41,083 nucleotides of DNA from assembly GCA_040373665.1 (NCBI GenBank), contig JBEICA010000003.1, positions 1-41,083 of the forward strand. Direction: 5' to 3'. A program made the translations under genes and the position numbers. The DNA is from Burkholderiales bacterium. GTDB taxonomy: Bacteria; Pseudomonadota; Gammaproteobacteria; Burkholderiales; Ga0077523. The stretch's first letter is position 1, and each line of letters starts with the position of its first letter. This document shows, in pieces, positions 10,989 to 20,548 of this stretch. Under the pieces are notes generated by a model, which saw only the letters and a list, made by a program, of their open reading frames with translations, did not search any database and had not been told where the DNA came from.

Positions 10989-11531
10989 TCAGGACTCCGT
11001 CCGGCCCGCGGGCGCGAGCGCCGGCAGGCATTGCAGGTCGACAACGCGGTAGGCCGGTGCATGGGCGGCGCGGTAGGATTCGGAGTGACGCACTGCCGGC
11101 CAGTTCTCGTCACGCCTCGCATTCATGAAGGCCTCTACCTCGGCGCGCGGGAATGGCAGGCCGCCGGCATCGGCGAGATCGCCGAGACACCCGCAGAACC
11201 TTGCCAGACGCTCGACCGAGCCCTCGTAACCTGCGGCTGTCGCAGCGAACGCCCGGGCCAGTGCCGCCGGGTCATGGCCGGCTGCGAGATAGGGGCGCAG
11301 GTGCACCCGTGCCAGCCGGCCATCGGGCGAGATCACCTCGAACAGCGGGTCGGCCTGTGCCGCCGGGGGCAGGGCGGCGATCTCGGCCAGGAGAGCGGCT
11401 TCGGCGTCGCCCTGGGTGATGGCGTGGGCCGGCCCCAGCGCCGCCTGATGCAGCAGCTTGTAGACGTCCGCCGGTCGCATGTCCGGATGACGGGCGAGTT
11501 GCGCGCCCAGCAGTTGACTGATGAATTTCAC
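10989..11531 (-). CDS. Conserved hypothetical protein
   Basis: Motif-like blocks DVYKLLHQAALGPAH and RHSESYRAAHAPAYRVV; co-directional with neighbours. Confidence 0.75.
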   Translation of the reverse strand: MKFISQLLGAQLARHPDMRPADVYKLLHQAALGPAHAITQGDAEAALLAEIAALPPAAQADPLFEVISPDGRLARVHLRPYLAAGHDPAALARAFAATAAGYEGSVERLARFCGCLGDLADAGGLPFPRAEVEAFMNARRDENWPAVRHSESYRAAHAPAYRVVDLQCLPALAPAGRTES

Positions 11532-11568
11532 GGCATTCCTCCGCGGGACGTTACCGGGTTGCCAGGCT

Positions 11569-12540
11569 TCATTCGGCGATGATGTTGCGGCTGCGGGCCA
11601 GTTCGCCCCAGCGGGCGCTTTCCGCGCGAATCAGTCTGCCGTAGTCGGCAGCGCTGCCGCCCGCCGGTTCGAGGTCGATCTCGGCGAAACGTTTCTGCAC
11701 CGCTGGGTCGCGCATGGCTTCGTTGAATACGGCGTTGAGGCGCGCCAGCACGGGAGCCGGGGTTCGCGCCGGCGCAAGCAGCCCGAACCAGGGGTTGATG
11801 GTGACCCCGGGGTGACCCGCCTCGCGCATGGTCGGCACCTTCGGAAACAGCTTCGAGCGCGCGGTGCCCGTCACCGCCAGCGGCCGGACCTTGCCCGCGA
11901 GCGCATGCGGCGAAATGGAGGGCATGTTGTCGAACATGATCTGGGTCTCGCCCGCCATCAGCGCCGTGACCGCCAGAGCGCTGCCCTTGTAGGGTACGTG
12001 GCGAAGCTCCACGCCGGTCTCGATCTGGAACACCTCCGCGATCAGATGTACCGAAGAGCCGAAGCCGGAGCTCGCGTAGGTCAGGCCACCCGGCGTGGCC
12101 CGTGCCAAAGCCACGAGCTCGGCGACGCTGTTCGCCTTCACCGAGGGGTGCACCGCGAGCAGGTTGGAGATGGAACCCACCAGCATGACGGGGGCGAAAT
12201 CCTTGTCCACGTCGAAGCCCACCTTGCGGTAGACGTGGGGATTGATGGCGCAGGTGCCGATGGTGCCCATGATGAGGGTGTGACCGTCCGCGGGCGAGCG
12301 GGCCACCACCTCCATCGCCACGTTGCCCCCGGCCCCGGGCCGGTTCTCCACCACCACGGACTGACCGAACAACTGTGAGGCACGCTGCCCGAGCAGGCGC
12401 GAGAGCATGTCGGGTGTGCCGCCGGGCGGAAACGGCACGACGATCCGGACCGGTCGGCGTGGGAAGTCCTGGGCTCGGGCGCCACCCGCGGCGATCGCGG
12501 CAGCCGCAGGCAGCAGTGACAGGAAGGTTCGGCGGCGCAT
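11569..12540 (-). CDS. Tripartite tricarboxylate transporter substrate-binding protein (Bug/TctC)
   Basis: VPFPPGG, VENRPGAGG, DGHTL and HVPYKG motifs; RRRTFL Tat-like leader. Confidence 0.95.
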   Translation of the reverse strand: MRRRTFLSLLPAAAAIAAGGARAQDFPRRPVRIVVPFPPGGTPDMLSRLLGQRASQLFGQSVVVENRPGAGGNVAMEVVARSPADGHTLIMGTIGTCAINPHVYRKVGFDVDKDFAPVMLVGSISNLLAVHPSVKANSVAELVALARATPGGLTYASSGFGSSVHLIAEVFQIETGVELRHVPYKGSALAVTALMAGETQIMFDNMPSISPHALAGKVRPLAVTGTARSKLFPKVPTMREAGHPGVTINPWFGLLAPARTPAPVLARLNAVFNEAMRDPAVQKRFAEIDLEPAGGSAADYGRLIRAESARWGELARSRNIIAE

Positions 12541-12654
12541 GGACAGCTCCGGCAAGGCAGGGGAGCGGTATGTTCGCAGAAAAACATCCGACCGCTCATC
12601 GTCCCGGCAGGCGCTCCAGGGGGGGGCTTCCCCGTCGCGCAGCGGCGCCCCCGC

Positions 12655-13098
12655 TCAGCGCACGACCAGCACCGGCACGCGCGAGTGCGTCAGCACCTTC
12701 GTGGTCTCACTGCCCAACAGCACCCCGGCCAGACCCTTGCGGCCGTGGGAGGCCATGACGATGAGGTCGCAGCGCTTCTTCTTCGCGGCCGCGATGATGG
12801 CCTCCCAGGGCATGCGGCTGGGCGTGAACAGCGTGTTGCAGGCAACGCCGGCGGCTTCCGCCTCCTTGCGCACGGAGGAGAGGATCTTCTCGGCGCGCGA
12901 GGCTGCGCGCTCGTCGTACTCCTCGCGCGGCATCAGATTGGGCGGGAAATACTCGCCATACATGAGGACCTCGTATTCGGGCGGCGAAAAGAACCCGGTG
13001 ACACGCGCCCCGCAGGTCCTGGCGAGACCGATCGCCTCTCGGACAGCCTTGCGGGACAGCGGGCTGCCGTCGACGGGAATCAGGATGTGCTTGTACAT
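12655..13098 (-). CDS. Universal stress protein (UspA family)
   Basis: YKHILIPVDGS, DLIVMASHGRKG and LLGSETTKVL motifs. Confidence 0.95.
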   Translation of the reverse strand: MYKHILIPVDGSPLSRKAVREAIGLARTCGARVTGFFSPPEYEVLMYGEYFPPNLMPREEYDERAASRAEKILSSVRKEAEAAGVACNTLFTPSRMPWEAIIAAAKKKRCDLIVMASHGRKGLAGVLLGSETTKVLTHSRVPVLVVR

Positions 13099-13155
13099 GA
13101 TGCGCTTACCCTTGAGGTTCATGGATGAGGTGCAAGTTTCCACCCGCCTGACGGC

Positions 13156-13181
13156 CCCGGCTTGACATATGTCAAGCCGGG
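13156..13181. promoter_or_regulatory. 26-bp perfect palindrome with FNR/Crp-type core TTGAC-N4-GTCAA
   Basis: CCCGGCTTGACATATGTCAAGCCGGG, centred about 70 bp upstream of the usp start in the usp/birA divergent gap. Confidence 0.7.
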
Positions 13182-13298
13182 CACGGGGCGCCAGGGTCGG
13201 TCCCGTCCACACGCCGCTGCTGCATGGGGCGGTGACCGCTTGCCGGCGTCATGGGGCCCTGCGGTGGATGTCGACGTGCACTATCATCCCACCGCACC

Positions 13299-14279
13299 AT
13301 GAATCCGCTCACTCTCGCCACGCTGCGTTGCCTGTCCGCCTCCCGCCACGTGTCGGGCGAGTCCATCGCCGCGGCGCTGGATGTCACCCGGGCCACGGTG
13401 TGGAATGCCATCCGGGAGGCTGGCGCCGCGGGGGTGGCGATCGAGCGGGTGCGCGGGCTTGGCTATCGGCTGGCGCACGAGTGCACCTGGCTCGATGCGG
13501 ACCTGATCGCTGCTGCGCTGGGTGCTCAAAGGCAGCGCTTTGCGCTGGAGGTGGTTCCGGCCACCGGCTCGACCAACAGTGACCTGCTGGCACGCGCGGC
13601 TGCCGGTGCGGCCGGCGGCCAGGTGATCGCCGCCGAATGGCAGGCCGGCGGGCGCGGCCGGCGCGGGCGCGGCTGGGTCAATCCGCTCGGCGGTGCGCTC
13701 ACCTTCTCGCTCCTGTGGCGCTTCGAGCGTGGCGTCGCCGCCCTTTCGGGGCTGAGCCTGGTGGTGGGTCTGGCGTGCGCCCGCGCGTTGCGCGCCACCG
13801 GTGCCCCCGACGTCGGCGTCAAGTGGCCCAACGACCTTCAGGTGGACGGCCGCAAGCTCGGCGGCATCCTGATCGAGCTGCAGGGCGATGCGCTGGGCCC
13901 CTCGGCCGCCGTGATCGGCATCGGCATCAATGTCCGGCTACCTGCCGAGGCGGCTGCCCGGGTGGACCAGCCCGTGGCCGACCTCCATGGGGCGGGCGGC
14001 ATCACGGATCGCAACCGCCTGCTCGCCATCCTGCTGCAGGAACTGGCCGCAGCGCTGGACGAGTTCACGGTAAACGGCTTCGCACCCTTCGCCGAAGCCT
14101 TCGGCGCGTTGCACGTCCTGCAGGACCGGACGGTCGACGTGGCGCTGGGCGACAGTGCCGTGGTCACCGGGGTGGTCGAGGGGGTCGACGCGCACGGCGC
14201 CCTGCGGGTGGCCACGGCCGGTGGTCTGCGCCTCTTCCATGGCGGTGAGGTCAGTGTGCGCCGGGCGGTGGATGCATGA
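13299..14279 (+). CDS. birA: Biotin--protein ligase with N-terminal HTH
   Basis: TGSTN, GRGRRGR, KWPND, KLGGILIE and GIGIN motifs. Confidence 0.95.
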   Translation: MNPLTLATLRCLSASRHVSGESIAAALDVTRATVWNAIREAGAAGVAIERVRGLGYRLAHECTWLDADLIAAALGAQRQRFALEVVPATGSTNSDLLARAAAGAAGGQVIAAEWQAGGRGRRGRGWVNPLGGALTFSLLWRFERGVAALSGLSLVVGLACARALRATGAPDVGVKWPNDLQVDGRKLGGILIELQGDALGPSAAVIGIGINVRLPAEAAARVDQPVADLHGAGGITDRNRLLAILLQELAAALDEFTVNGFAPFAEAFGALHVLQDRTVDVALGDSAVVTGVVEGVDAHGALRVATAGGLRLFHGGEVSVRRAVDA

Positions 14280-15019
14280 GCGCGCCGACCGTCCTGGTGG
14301 TGGACGCCGGCAACACCCGTCTGAAGTGGGGGCTGGCCCGGGAGGGGCGTTGGCTCCTTCGCGACGCGGTCGACACCGAGGACGCGGCGGGCCTGGAGCA
14401 CACGCTGGCCCGCCTGCCTGTCACGCCATCGGCTGCCGTGGGGTGCAATGTCGCCGGAGCGGCGGTGGGTGTCCGGGTGTCCGCCGTCATCGCCGCGCGC
14501 GGGGTCGAGTTGCGCTGGAACATTCCCCGGGCCAGCCAGGCCGGCGTCACCAACGGCTACGACGAACCCTCGCGTCTCGGTGCGGACCGTTGGGCGGCGC
14601 TCATCGGGGCCTGGGCGCGGGTCGGCTCGGCCTGCGTGGTGGTCAATGCCGGCACCGCCATCACCGTGGACAGTCTCTCGCCGGACGGACGGTTTCTGGG
14701 CGGGATCATTCTGCCCGGACTCGAGACCATGCTGCATGCCCTGGAGGTTCGGACTGCCGGCCTGCGGCGCATGCCCGGCAGCCATCGTGACTTCCCGACC
14801 ACGACTGCGGACGCCATGACCACGGGGGTCGTCGATGCCGCCGTCGGTGCCGTGCAGCGGGTGCAGGAACGGCTGGCACGTCTGGTGTCGGGGCAGGTGA
14901 GGACCTTGTTGTCCGGAGGCGCCGCTGCGTCTCTGCGGCCGCATCTGGCGGACGGCTGCGAGTGTGTCGACCAGCTCGTGCTCGAGGGCTTGCGCGTGGT
15001 GGCGGAGGGGCGGGGATGA
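14276..15019 (+). CDS. coaX: Type III pantothenate kinase
   Basis: DAGNTRLKW, LGADRW, AGTAITVD, GGIILPG and LVLEGL motifs; follows birA. Confidence 0.94.
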   Translation: MSAPTVLVVDAGNTRLKWGLAREGRWLLRDAVDTEDAAGLEHTLARLPVTPSAAVGCNVAGAAVGVRVSAVIAARGVELRWNIPRASQAGVTNGYDEPSRLGADRWAALIGAWARVGSACVVVNAGTAITVDSLSPDGRFLGGIILPGLETMLHALEVRTAGLRRMPGSHRDFPTTTADAMTTGVVDAAVGAVQRVQERLARLVSGQVRTLLSGGAAASLRPHLADGCECVDQLVLEGLRVVAEGRG

Positions 15020-15720
15020 TCCGCGTACTCGTGTCGATCCTGGTGATCGCCAACCTTGCCCTGCTGGTGTTCGGCCTCGTCGGCTCCGGGGATCACGCGG
15101 GGCGCGGTGGTCCGCCCCTGGCGGAGTTGCGCAACCCGGACAGCATACGCATCGTCCGGGGCGAACCCGAGCCTGCCCCCCAGCCGCCGGCCGCCTCGCA
15201 GGCGATCCGGACGGCGCCGGTGCTGGTCCAGTCGTGTCTGGAGTTCGGTCCGATGTCCGAGGACGAGGTGGCACGCGCGCGACAGGCCCTGAGCGCCGGC
15301 GGCCTGCTGGAGCGGACCGTGCAGGCTCCGATGATGGCGACCGCCAGCTGGTGGGTGCACGTGCCACCAAGGCGCTCGCTGCTGCAGGCCGAGAACGAGG
15401 TTGCCCGCCTGCGCGCCGCCGGCCTGCGTGATGCCTACGTGGTTCTGGAGCAGGGCGACATGCGCTTTGCCGTATCCCTGGGCCTGTTCCGCACCGAGGA
15501 GGCGGCGCGTCGCGTCGTCGACCAGATGAAATCCCGGGGCATCGGCGGCGTCGTCGTCGGCCGGCGTGAGCAGCAGGTGCGTCTCACGGCGTTCTACGTC
15601 CGCGAACCATCCGATGCCGATCTCGGCGAGCTGGAACAGCTTCGCGCCGCATTCCCGGGCACCTCCATTCGCACCAGCGCCTGCCCTGAGACCTCATCGC
15701 GGGGCGCGTCCGGACCCTGA
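15016..15720 (+). CDS. SPOR-domain protein
   Basis: N-terminal TM ending IANL, CLEFGP and AVSLGLFRTEEAA; usual position after coaX. Confidence 0.85.
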   Translation: MIRVLVSILVIANLALLVFGLVGSGDHAGRGGPPLAELRNPDSIRIVRGEPEPAPQPPAASQAIRTAPVLVQSCLEFGPMSEDEVARARQALSAGGLLERTVQAPMMATASWWVHVPPRRSLLQAENEVARLRAAGLRDAYVVLEQGDMRFAVSLGLFRTEEAARRVVDQMKSRGIGGVVVGRREQQVRLTAFYVREPSDADLGELEQLRAAFPGTSIRTSACPETSSRGASGP

Positions 15721-15734
15721 TCCGGACACGCCCA

Positions 15735-17465
15735 TCACCCCGGGCCGACCGCCGTGACGAGCCGCCGTTCCCGAGGGTGCAATTCCAGCACCCGGTCGTG
15801 GAACCCGGAGACGGCCGGGCGGTGGGCGATGCTGACCACGGTGGTCTGCGCCAGGCGCTCGTGCACCAGCTGGTACATGCGTTCCTCGGCAGTGGCGTCC
15901 AGGTTCGAGGTGGCTTCGTCGAGGAACAGCCAGCGCGGCTTGAGCAGCAGGGCCCGGGCGAAGGCCATGCGCTGCTGCTCGCCGCCGGAAAGCTGCTGCG
16001 ACCACTGTCCCGTCTCGTCGAGGCGTGCGGCGAGGTGTTCGAGCCCGACATCGGACAGAACAGCCCGGATGACATCATCGCCAAACTGCCCGACGGGCGC
16101 GGGGTAGCTCACTGCCTGTCGCAGGCTGCCAAGAGGGAAGTAGGGCCGCTGCGGCAGGAACAGCGGCTGGAAATCCGCCGGCAGGTGCAGTCTGCCTGTG
16201 GCGAACGGCCAGATCCCGGCGAGGGTGCGGAACACCGTGCTCTTGCCCGATCCCGAGGGACCCCGCAACAGGACCTTGTCGCCCTGCTCGATGCGGAAGG
16301 CGGCATCCTGAACGAGGGTGGCACCGCCGGGAAGAGACACGTCCAGGTGGTCGGCCGAGAGCGCGGTCCCGGCGGTGGTTTCGCGCTGCAGGTCCTGCGA
16401 TGCCGTCATGAGCCGCGCCTGCTCGATCGCGGCGTGGAATCCGGTCAGACGTTCCACCGCGGCACGCCAGCGTGCGAACAGCGAGTAGGCATTGATGAAC
16501 CACGACAGCGAGCCCTGGACCTGGCCGAACGCGTTCGAGATCTGCATCAATCCGCCGAGCTGGATCGCGCCGGAGAAGTAGCGCGGCGCGCCAACGATGA
16601 AGGGAAACACCACCGCCAGCTGGCTGTAGCCGTTGGTGTAGAAGTTCAGGATCTTCTGCCGCTTCATGATGCGCCACCAGTTGGCCAGAACATTCGAGAA
16701 GCGCTCCCGGAAGCCGGCCAGTTCGTCATGCTCGCCGCCGTAGAGGGCGACCCCTTCGGTGTTCTCCCGGAAACGCGCCAGCCCGAAGCGGAAGTCGGCC
16801 TCGTAGCGCTGCTGGTCGAAATTGAGCTTCACCAGCGGTTTGCCCAGTCGGTGTGTCAGCCATGACCCGACCAGGGCGTAGGCGACCGCAACCCAGACCA
16901 TGTAGCCATAGAGCTCGTACTGCGTGCCGTTCCAGGAGAAGTCCAGGGCGCCGGACAGGCCCCACAGGATGCCGACGAAGGACACGAAGGTCACCACGGC
17001 GTTCAGCAGGCCGAGTACGAGGCTCAGGGTGTCGTCGACGAACAGGTTCATGTCCTCGGCGATGCGCTGGTCCGGGTTGTCGGTGCCGTTGCCGGACAGC
17101 TGCATGCGGTAGTAGGCGCGATCCCGCAGCCAGTCCCTGACGTAGTTGTCCGTCATCCAGCGGCGCCAGCGGATCTGCAGCATCTGGTTGAGGTAGACCG
17201 CATAGACCGCGACCACGATGTAGGCCACCGCCAGCCCCATGAAGCGCGCCATCTGGTCGAGGAACTCGTCCTTGCGCTTCTCCTGCAGCACGTTGTAGAA
17301 ATCGTTGTACCAGCTGTTGAACTGCACCGACAGGTAGACCATGGTCAGTGTCAGGCCGACGATGGCGGCGAGCAGCAGGCGGGCGGAGGTCTTCTCCTCG
17401 GAGAACCAGTAGGGGCGGGCCAACTGCCACAACTCCCGCAGGAATCGACGCGACTTTTCGAACAT
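15735..17465 (-). CDS. Fused ABC transporter permease/ATPase, YddA/Rv1819c (ABCD-like) family
   Basis: DNPDQRIAED, EADFRFGL, Walker A GPSGSGKS, LSGGEQQR and LDEATS motifs. Confidence 0.93.
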   Translation of the reverse strand: MFEKSRRFLRELWQLARPYWFSEEKTSARLLLAAIVGLTLTMVYLSVQFNSWYNDFYNVLQEKRKDEFLDQMARFMGLAVAYIVVAVYAVYLNQMLQIRWRRWMTDNYVRDWLRDRAYYRMQLSGNGTDNPDQRIAEDMNLFVDDTLSLVLGLLNAVVTFVSFVGILWGLSGALDFSWNGTQYELYGYMVWVAVAYALVGSWLTHRLGKPLVKLNFDQQRYEADFRFGLARFRENTEGVALYGGEHDELAGFRERFSNVLANWWRIMKRQKILNFYTNGYSQLAVVFPFIVGAPRYFSGAIQLGGLMQISNAFGQVQGSLSWFINAYSLFARWRAAVERLTGFHAAIEQARLMTASQDLQRETTAGTALSADHLDVSLPGGATLVQDAAFRIEQGDKVLLRGPSGSGKSTVFRTLAGIWPFATGRLHLPADFQPLFLPQRPYFPLGSLRQAVSYPAPVGQFGDDVIRAVLSDVGLEHLAARLDETGQWSQQLSGGEQQRMAFARALLLKPRWLFLDEATSNLDATAEERMYQLVHERLAQTTVVSIAHRPAVSGFHDRVLELHPRERRLVTAVGPG

Positions 17466-17601
17466 GGAGACCTCGCTGGGGACGGCGCTGCCCGTCGGAG
17501 CGTTCAGCGACCTGGGAATCGGACCGGGCTTCGAGTGCCGGGCGCTGCCACTGGTTCACCGGCCTTCCCGCTGATGTGCGCGGGCGCAGGCCGCGGACGG
17601 A

Positions 17602-18087
17602 TCAGCCGAGACGGATGCGCGACAGCAGGGCGGTGGTGGAGCGCTCGTGCTCGAACGCGATGGCGTGGACGCTGCCGCCCCAGGCGCGCACCTCCGGGGC
17701 ACCCACGATGCGCTCGACCGGCCAGTCCCCCCCCTTCACCAGGACGTCGGGACGGGACTGCAGTATGACCTCGAGGGGAGTATCCTCGTCGAACCACGTC
17801 ACGGCATCCACCGACCCGAGGGCGGCGACCAATGCCATGCGGTCCTCCAGGCGGTTCACCGGCCGGTCCGCCCCCTTGCCCAGGCGTCTCACCGAAGCAT
17901 CCGAGTTGAGCGCCACCAGCAGGCTCGCGCCGAGCGCGCGGGCCCGGGCGAGGTAGGTGACGTGACCGCGATGCAGGATGTCGAACACCCCGTTGGTGAA
18001 CACCAGCGGCCGCGACAGGCCGTCGCAGCGATGTCTCAGATCGTGAGGCGCGACGAACTTGGCTTCGAAGGCCGGAGGCGTGGTCAC
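17602..18087 (-). CDS. rfaE2: D-glycero-beta-D-manno-heptose 1-phosphate adenylyltransferase
   Basis: VFTNGVFDILHRGH, LNSDASV, FDEDTP and LVKGGDW motifs; GTG start overlaps the upstream stop. Confidence 0.93.
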   Translation of the reverse strand: MTTPPAFEAKFVAPHDLRHRCDGLSRPLVFTNGVFDILHRGHVTYLARARALGASLLVALNSDASVRRLGKGADRPVNRLEDRMALVAALGSVDAVTWFDEDTPLEVILQSRPDVLVKGGDWPVERIVGAPEVRAWGGSVHAIAFEHERSTTALLSRIRLG

Positions 18088-18935
18088 GCGGGCTGGGGCC
18101 CGGCGGTCAGGGCGCGCGCGACCTCCTTGCGGTATCGGTTCAGTTCCGCCGCCGTCCCGATGCTGCGGTCGAACAGCAGCGACAGGTTCTTCAGGATCAT
18201 GCCCACCACCTTGTTCTCCCACTCGGCACCGAAACGGATCTGCTGGTCCAGCCAGCGTTCCAGCCAGGCGGGGTCGGGCAGTCGCGACTGCACCGTGTCG
18301 TTCGGGAACAGCGCCTGATTGACGTGCAGGTTGGTGGGATGCAGCGGCTTGCCGCTGCGGCCGGAACTCGCCATCAGCAGACCGATCTTGGCGAATGCTG
18401 CCCGCGCCTCGTCGCCCAGACGGTCCATCATGCGCCGCAGATACTGCAGGTAGGCCCCGGCGTGGCGCGCTTCGTCGCGCGAGATGAGCCGATAGATGTG
18501 CTTGATGACCGGTTCCGTGTGCCAGTCCGCCGCGCAACGATACCAATGGTTGAGGCGGATCTCGCCGCAGAAATGCAGCATCAGGGTCTCGGGCGCCGGG
18601 GCCGGGTCGAACTCGAAGCGCACCGCGTGCAGTTCCGCCTCCGTAGGGGCGAACTCGGGCCGGAAGCGGCGCAGGTATTCCATCAGCACCAGCGCGTGCT
18701 TCTGCTCCTCGTAGAACCAGACCGACATGAAGGCGGAGAAGTCGCTGTCGTCGACGTTGTCGCGCAGGAACATCTCGGTGGCCGGCAACGCCGACCACTC
18801 GGTGATCGCGTTCATCTTGACGGTGCGGGCCTGCTCGTCGCTGAGCAGACTCGCGTCGAAGTCATCCCATGGAACATCGGTGGCCATGCTCCAACGGACC
18901 TGTTCCAGTGACTTGAAGATTTCGGGGTATAGCAT
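18084..18935 (-). CDS. Ferritin-like di-iron protein (acyl-ACP-desaturase-like fold)
   Basis: Two ExxH motifs (EEQKH, DEARH) plus ITEW and CGEIRL. Confidence 0.85.
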   Translation of the reverse strand: MLYPEIFKSLEQVRWSMATDVPWDDFDASLLSDEQARTVKMNAITEWSALPATEMFLRDNVDDSDFSAFMSVWFYEEQKHALVLMEYLRRFRPEFAPTEAELHAVRFEFDPAPAPETLMLHFCGEIRLNHWYRCAADWHTEPVIKHIYRLISRDEARHAGAYLQYLRRMMDRLGDEARAAFAKIGLLMASSGRSGKPLHPTNLHVNQALFPNDTVQSRLPDPAWLERWLDQQIRFGAEWENKVVGMILKNLSLLFDRSIGTAAELNRYRKEVARALTAGPQPA

Positions 18936-19012
18936 CCACTGCCCTCGGAGGGCCGGCAGGGCCGGCCGATGTTCGGACACGCCCCGCGCCGGAGCGCCCG
19001 CTGGGCTCCCCG

Positions 19013-20548
19013 TCACAGGGCGTCGAGCTTGTCGAGCACGCACTCCGCCTGGCTGCGCAAGGACTGCCGCTCACCGGCCTGCAGCCTTTCGAGGTTCTTC
19101 GCCATCAGTGCCGTGCGCGGATTCGCGGCAAGGGCCTGTTCGTGCCGGTCGACGAACGCCCAGTATAACAGCGTGACCGGGCAGGCCCGGTCACCGGTGC
19201 GGCTCCGTGGGTCGTAATGGCAGCCGCGGCAGTAGTTGCTCATGCGCTGGATGTAGGCGCCCGAGGCGACGTAGGGCTTGCTGGTGAAGCGTCCGCCATC
19301 GGCGAACAAGGCCATGCCGGCGGTGTTGGGGCGCTCCACCCAGTCCACCGCGTCCACGTAGACCGCGAGGTACCAGTCGCACACCGCGGCCGGCAGCAGT
19401 TGCGCGAGCAATGCGAAGTTGCCGGTGACCATGAGGCGCTGGATGTGGTGTGCATAGCCTGTTTGCAGCGTCTGGTCGACGACGGCGCGCATGCAGTTCA
19501 TGCGTGTGTCGCCGGTCCAGTACCAGCCGGGCAGCGCCCGGGTGTGGCCGAAGTGGTTGGCGTCGGCCAGTTCCGGCATGTATCGCCAATAGACGCCGCG
19601 GATGAACTCGCGCCAGCCCATCACCTGCCGGATGAAGCCCTCCACGCTCGCCAATGGCAGATCGTGCGCCTGCCAGGCCTGCAGGGCGGCGTCGATGACC
19701 TCCCGCGGCTGCAGCAGCCCGAGGTTGAGCGGCGCCGAAAGCAGCGAGTGCCAGAGCACTGGCTGCCCCGACCACATGGCGTCCTGGTATGGACCGAAAC
19801 GTCCCAGGCGCTCGTGGACGAAGCGGGCGAGGACTTCGAGTGCCTGATCGCGTGTCACCGGCCAGGAGAACCGGGCCAGGGATCCTGGGTGATCGGGAAA
19901 CAGCCGCTCGATCTGCTCGAACACCCCGAGGGTGATGTCATCGGGCACGAAGGCGGGTGGGGCCGGGATCTGTCCTGGCCCTGCGGCGCCGAAGCCCTTG
20001 CGGTTTTCGGTGTCGAAGTTCCACACCCCGCCCTCGGGCTCGCCGTCGCGCATCAGCACGCCGGAGCGGCGACGCACGTGTCGGTAGAAGGTCTCCATGC
20101 GCAGCGATGGGCGTTCGCCTGCCCAGGCCTGGAACTCCGAGGTCGAGACCAGGAAGTGGGCATCCGGAAGCACCTGAAGGGGCAACGCGAGTTCGGCGGC
20201 GACCTCCCGGATCAGCGTGAGCGAGCGGTGGTCGCCCGGCTCCGACACGCTCAGGCGGGACGCCTCCAGCCGCCGCAGAGCGTCGCGCAGCCGGGGCAGG
20301 AAACCGGGCTCCGGGTGCTCCTCCAGTCCGATGTACTCGAGCCGGTGTCCGCTGGCACGCAGGGTGTCGCGGAAATGGCGCATCGCGGACAGAAACAGGG
20401 CGATGCGCGCCTTGTGGCTCCAGACGTGCGTCGATTCGCCTGGTGCCTCGATCATGAGTACGACCGCGTCCGGACCGGTGGCGTCGCGCAACGCCGCGTT
20501 GTCCCGGTCGAGCTGGTTACCCAGCACCAGCCTGACGTCAGCGCCCAC
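19013..20548 (-). CDS. FeS-cluster bacterial cryptochrome/(6-4) photolyase (FeS-BCP, PhrB/CryB-like)
   Basis: LVLGNQL, WNFDTENRK, EGFIRQVMGWREF and HHIQRLM motifs; four Cys (MNC, YCRGC, ACP) in the FeS-ligand pattern. Confidence 0.94.
   Translation of the reverse strand: MGADVRLVLGNQLDRDNAALRDATGPDAVVLMIEAPGESTHVWSHKARIALFLSAMRHFRDTLRASGHRLEYIGLEEHPEPGFLPRLRDALRRLEASRLSVSEPGDHRSLTLIREVAAELALPLQVLPDAHFLVSTSEFQAWAGERPSLRMETFYRHVRRRSGVLMRDGEPEGGVWNFDTENRKGFGAAGPGQIPAPPAFVPDDITLGVFEQIERLFPDHPGSLARFSWPVTRDQALEVLARFVHERLGRFGPYQDAMWSGQPVLWHSLLSAPLNLGLLQPREVIDAALQAWQAHDLPLASVEGFIRQVMGWREFIRGVYWRYMPELADANHFGHTRALPGWYWTGDTRMNCMRAVVDQTLQTGYAHHIQRLMVTGNFALLAQLLPAAVCDWYLAVYVDAVDWVERPNTAGMALFADGGRFTSKPYVASGAYIQRMSNYCRGCHYDPRSRTGDRACPVTLLYWAFVDRHEQALAANPRTALMAKNLERLQAGERQSLRSQAECVLDKLDAL

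Noticed and set aside
12619-12626. G8 homopolymer as a phase-variation tract
   Set aside because: Intergenic and unremarkable at this GC content.
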